A DNA stretch of 64,000 nucleotides, from contig OZ287754.1 of NCBI GenBank assembly GCA_965649765.1, positions 46,004,001 to 46,068,000 of the forward strand, in the 5' to 3' direction. The notes under the pieces are model-generated. The model was given only the letters and a program-made list of their open reading frames with translations. It did not search any database and was not told the DNA's origin. Shown here in pieces: positions 62,370 to 64,000 of the stretch. The translations under genes and the position numbers were made by a program. The number at the start of each line of letters is the position of its first letter. The first letter of the stretch is position 1. Origin of the DNA: Bispira polyomma. Taxonomy: Eukaryota.

Positions 62370-62720
62370 TTTACAGCTTTTTTACAGCTTAGGTCATATC
62401 ATGACGGCCAAATTTAAATGGCGAAAGAAACCAGGGGTCGTATTCACAAAAGGTCTCAGTCTTAACTTAGTCTTAAACTTAATATTTATGTCTAAAATAT
62501 TGAAGACTGCCTACTGTAAGGCTTAGTATTAAGAGCAAAGTTAGCACAAAGCAAATACATTTTTGTTTACTGTTATGAAGACTAAGACCAAAATCTTAAG
62601 CCTAAGACAAACTTAAGAATAAGACTTTTTGTGAATATGGCGTCAGTGCTGAGACACTGTAAACCACCGACCTATGGTAAGTACCTGACAAACTTGGAAT
62701 TCAAAGGAACAAATGGGATT
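62370..62720 (-). mobile_element. MetaSINE-like copy interrupted by a MITE
   Basis: GGTCATATCATGACGG..GAAACCAG|MITE|TGC..AAACCACCGACCTATGGTAAGTACCTGACAAACTT is the reverse of the SINE body. Confidence 0.6.
62435..62643. mobile_element. Harbinger-type MITE with CAG TSD
   Basis: CAG|GGGTCGTATTCACAAAAG...CTTTTTGTGAATATGGCGT|CAG. Confidence 0.8.
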
Positions 62721-63281
62721 TGAATCCACATTGGTAGAATGAGGATATTTGCTTACCAATTGCATTTATTTCATTTTACAGGGGTGTTTTCAAAATGACC
62801 GAAAAGCCATTGACAAGTGGTTTAGAACAAAATTAGTAAGCATAATTGCAATAACATGCTATGAAATACATCAGTGTATGCCTTAAACATACTAGGATAT
62901 TACATACAATTAATAGAATTAAATTATTTACTCTTTTAATGCCTGAAGACGAAATTGTTAAAACAGCATAAAAAGCTGTGGGAAAAGTTAGTCTGTACCA
63001 AGATAAATTCTATATGTGGAGCTGTGCATTATGATGAAAATGGAAAAGATGAAAGCACATACAAAATGAGCTAAGTGTCAAGTATCTTTATAGTATTTGT
63101 CAAGTTATACAATAACATATATTGTAGTACCAACTATACCGATAGTTATTTAATGGACTGAAACAATATTCAATATACAGATCACCAATGATTTAAACAC
63201 TTTTACCTACCTAATCTGTTACACAACATTTATGACACTAACGATTACAAATAATAACATGATATATCTTTACATACATAC

Positions 63282-63332
63282 CTGTTTGAAATCGCCGTCC
63301 TCCTGTGTTTTCACACTTTTCTTTTTCCCCAT
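63282..63332 (-). CDS. RhoA-like small GTPase, probable first coding exon (17 codons, missed by the ORF track)
   Basis: ATG GGG AAA AAG AAA AGT..AAA CAG|gtatgt, phase 0 matching exon 2, which has no Met. Upstream acceptor ctttgctttag at 63364-65. Confidence 0.75.
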
Positions 63333-64000
63333 AATTGGTGGTCCTTTTATATTTTGACTATATCTAAAGCAAAGAGAATCAGTTCTCTACTGTGTAGAAC
63401 ACGCTGATTTACCAAATGGAAACTATACTACACACCTACACTTTTGTCTGGTAATATATAGGAGCGTGGTTTGTTTATTATGATTCTATATAGCAGTCCT
63501 AGTTTACTTCCTTTTGTTTGATAAAGCCACGATCCTTCACTTATAACATTCTCGTCACATAATGTATTGATTATATAAAAGCCTCTACTATTTTATTCCC
63601 AGTCTGTGCACATGCCACAACACAAAATGATTCAGTTGAGTTTCAGGTTTTTGCCTTTTATACTTGATCAGCCGGTTGCTAAAAATAGACTCTTTATTGG
63701 TTGCCTGAACAGTATGACGTAGTATATGTAGAGCGTTGACTCAGCCCAATGTGTGGGGAATTCCTTAATACACTGAGAAGTTATTAGTCACACAAATCAC
63801 CATGGCCTGACAACGTACATGTATGTGTGAGTGTGTGTTTATAGACTTCAATGATCATGAACTATATATATAATATCGCGAGAAAACGTATCGCGGTGCG
63901 TGTTTTTTGTTCAAGAAAAATAAATGCACCTAAAATTACATTACTGACAGATAATGTGTTCATGAAATCAGACAAACACAATAATAGTCTGTGTTTAAGT

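Overview
AT-rich, intron-containing animal genomic DNA. The repeat content suggests a marine invertebrate, probably lophotrochozoan (inference). Two spliced host genes can be rebuilt exon by exon on the minus strand with GT-AG junctions and consistent phases. One is an HTATIP2/TIP30-like SDR oxidoreductase (4 coding exons, 41752->31111, 247 aa). The other is an atypical RhoA-like GTPase (3 coding exons, 63332->56587, 207 aa) with an N-terminal MGKKKS extension and a C-terminal CAAX. The rest is a dense, often nested mobile-element landscape: a degraded Ngaro/DIRS-type tyrosine-recombinase retrotransposon with split direct repeats (1689-8263); a degraded Academ(X)-like DNA transposon interrupted by an L2 LINE; several other L2 fragments; a Mutator/Foldback-like element with a 9-bp TSD carrying an L2; two Helentron/HINE-like elements with 147-bp tandem arrays; at least two tRNA-derived SINE families; and many MITEs. 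The most interesting signals are: (1) an apparently in-frame splice joining the retrotransposon gag to its ATG-less recombinase, with a shared TGCT core at all element junctions; (2) a Rho GTPase predicted to be lipidated at both ends; (3) 147-bp satellite units with higher-order structure and AGGTCA palindromes carried by a mobile element. Most short ORFs in the supplied track are spurious. All family assignments rest on motif recognition, not database searches.
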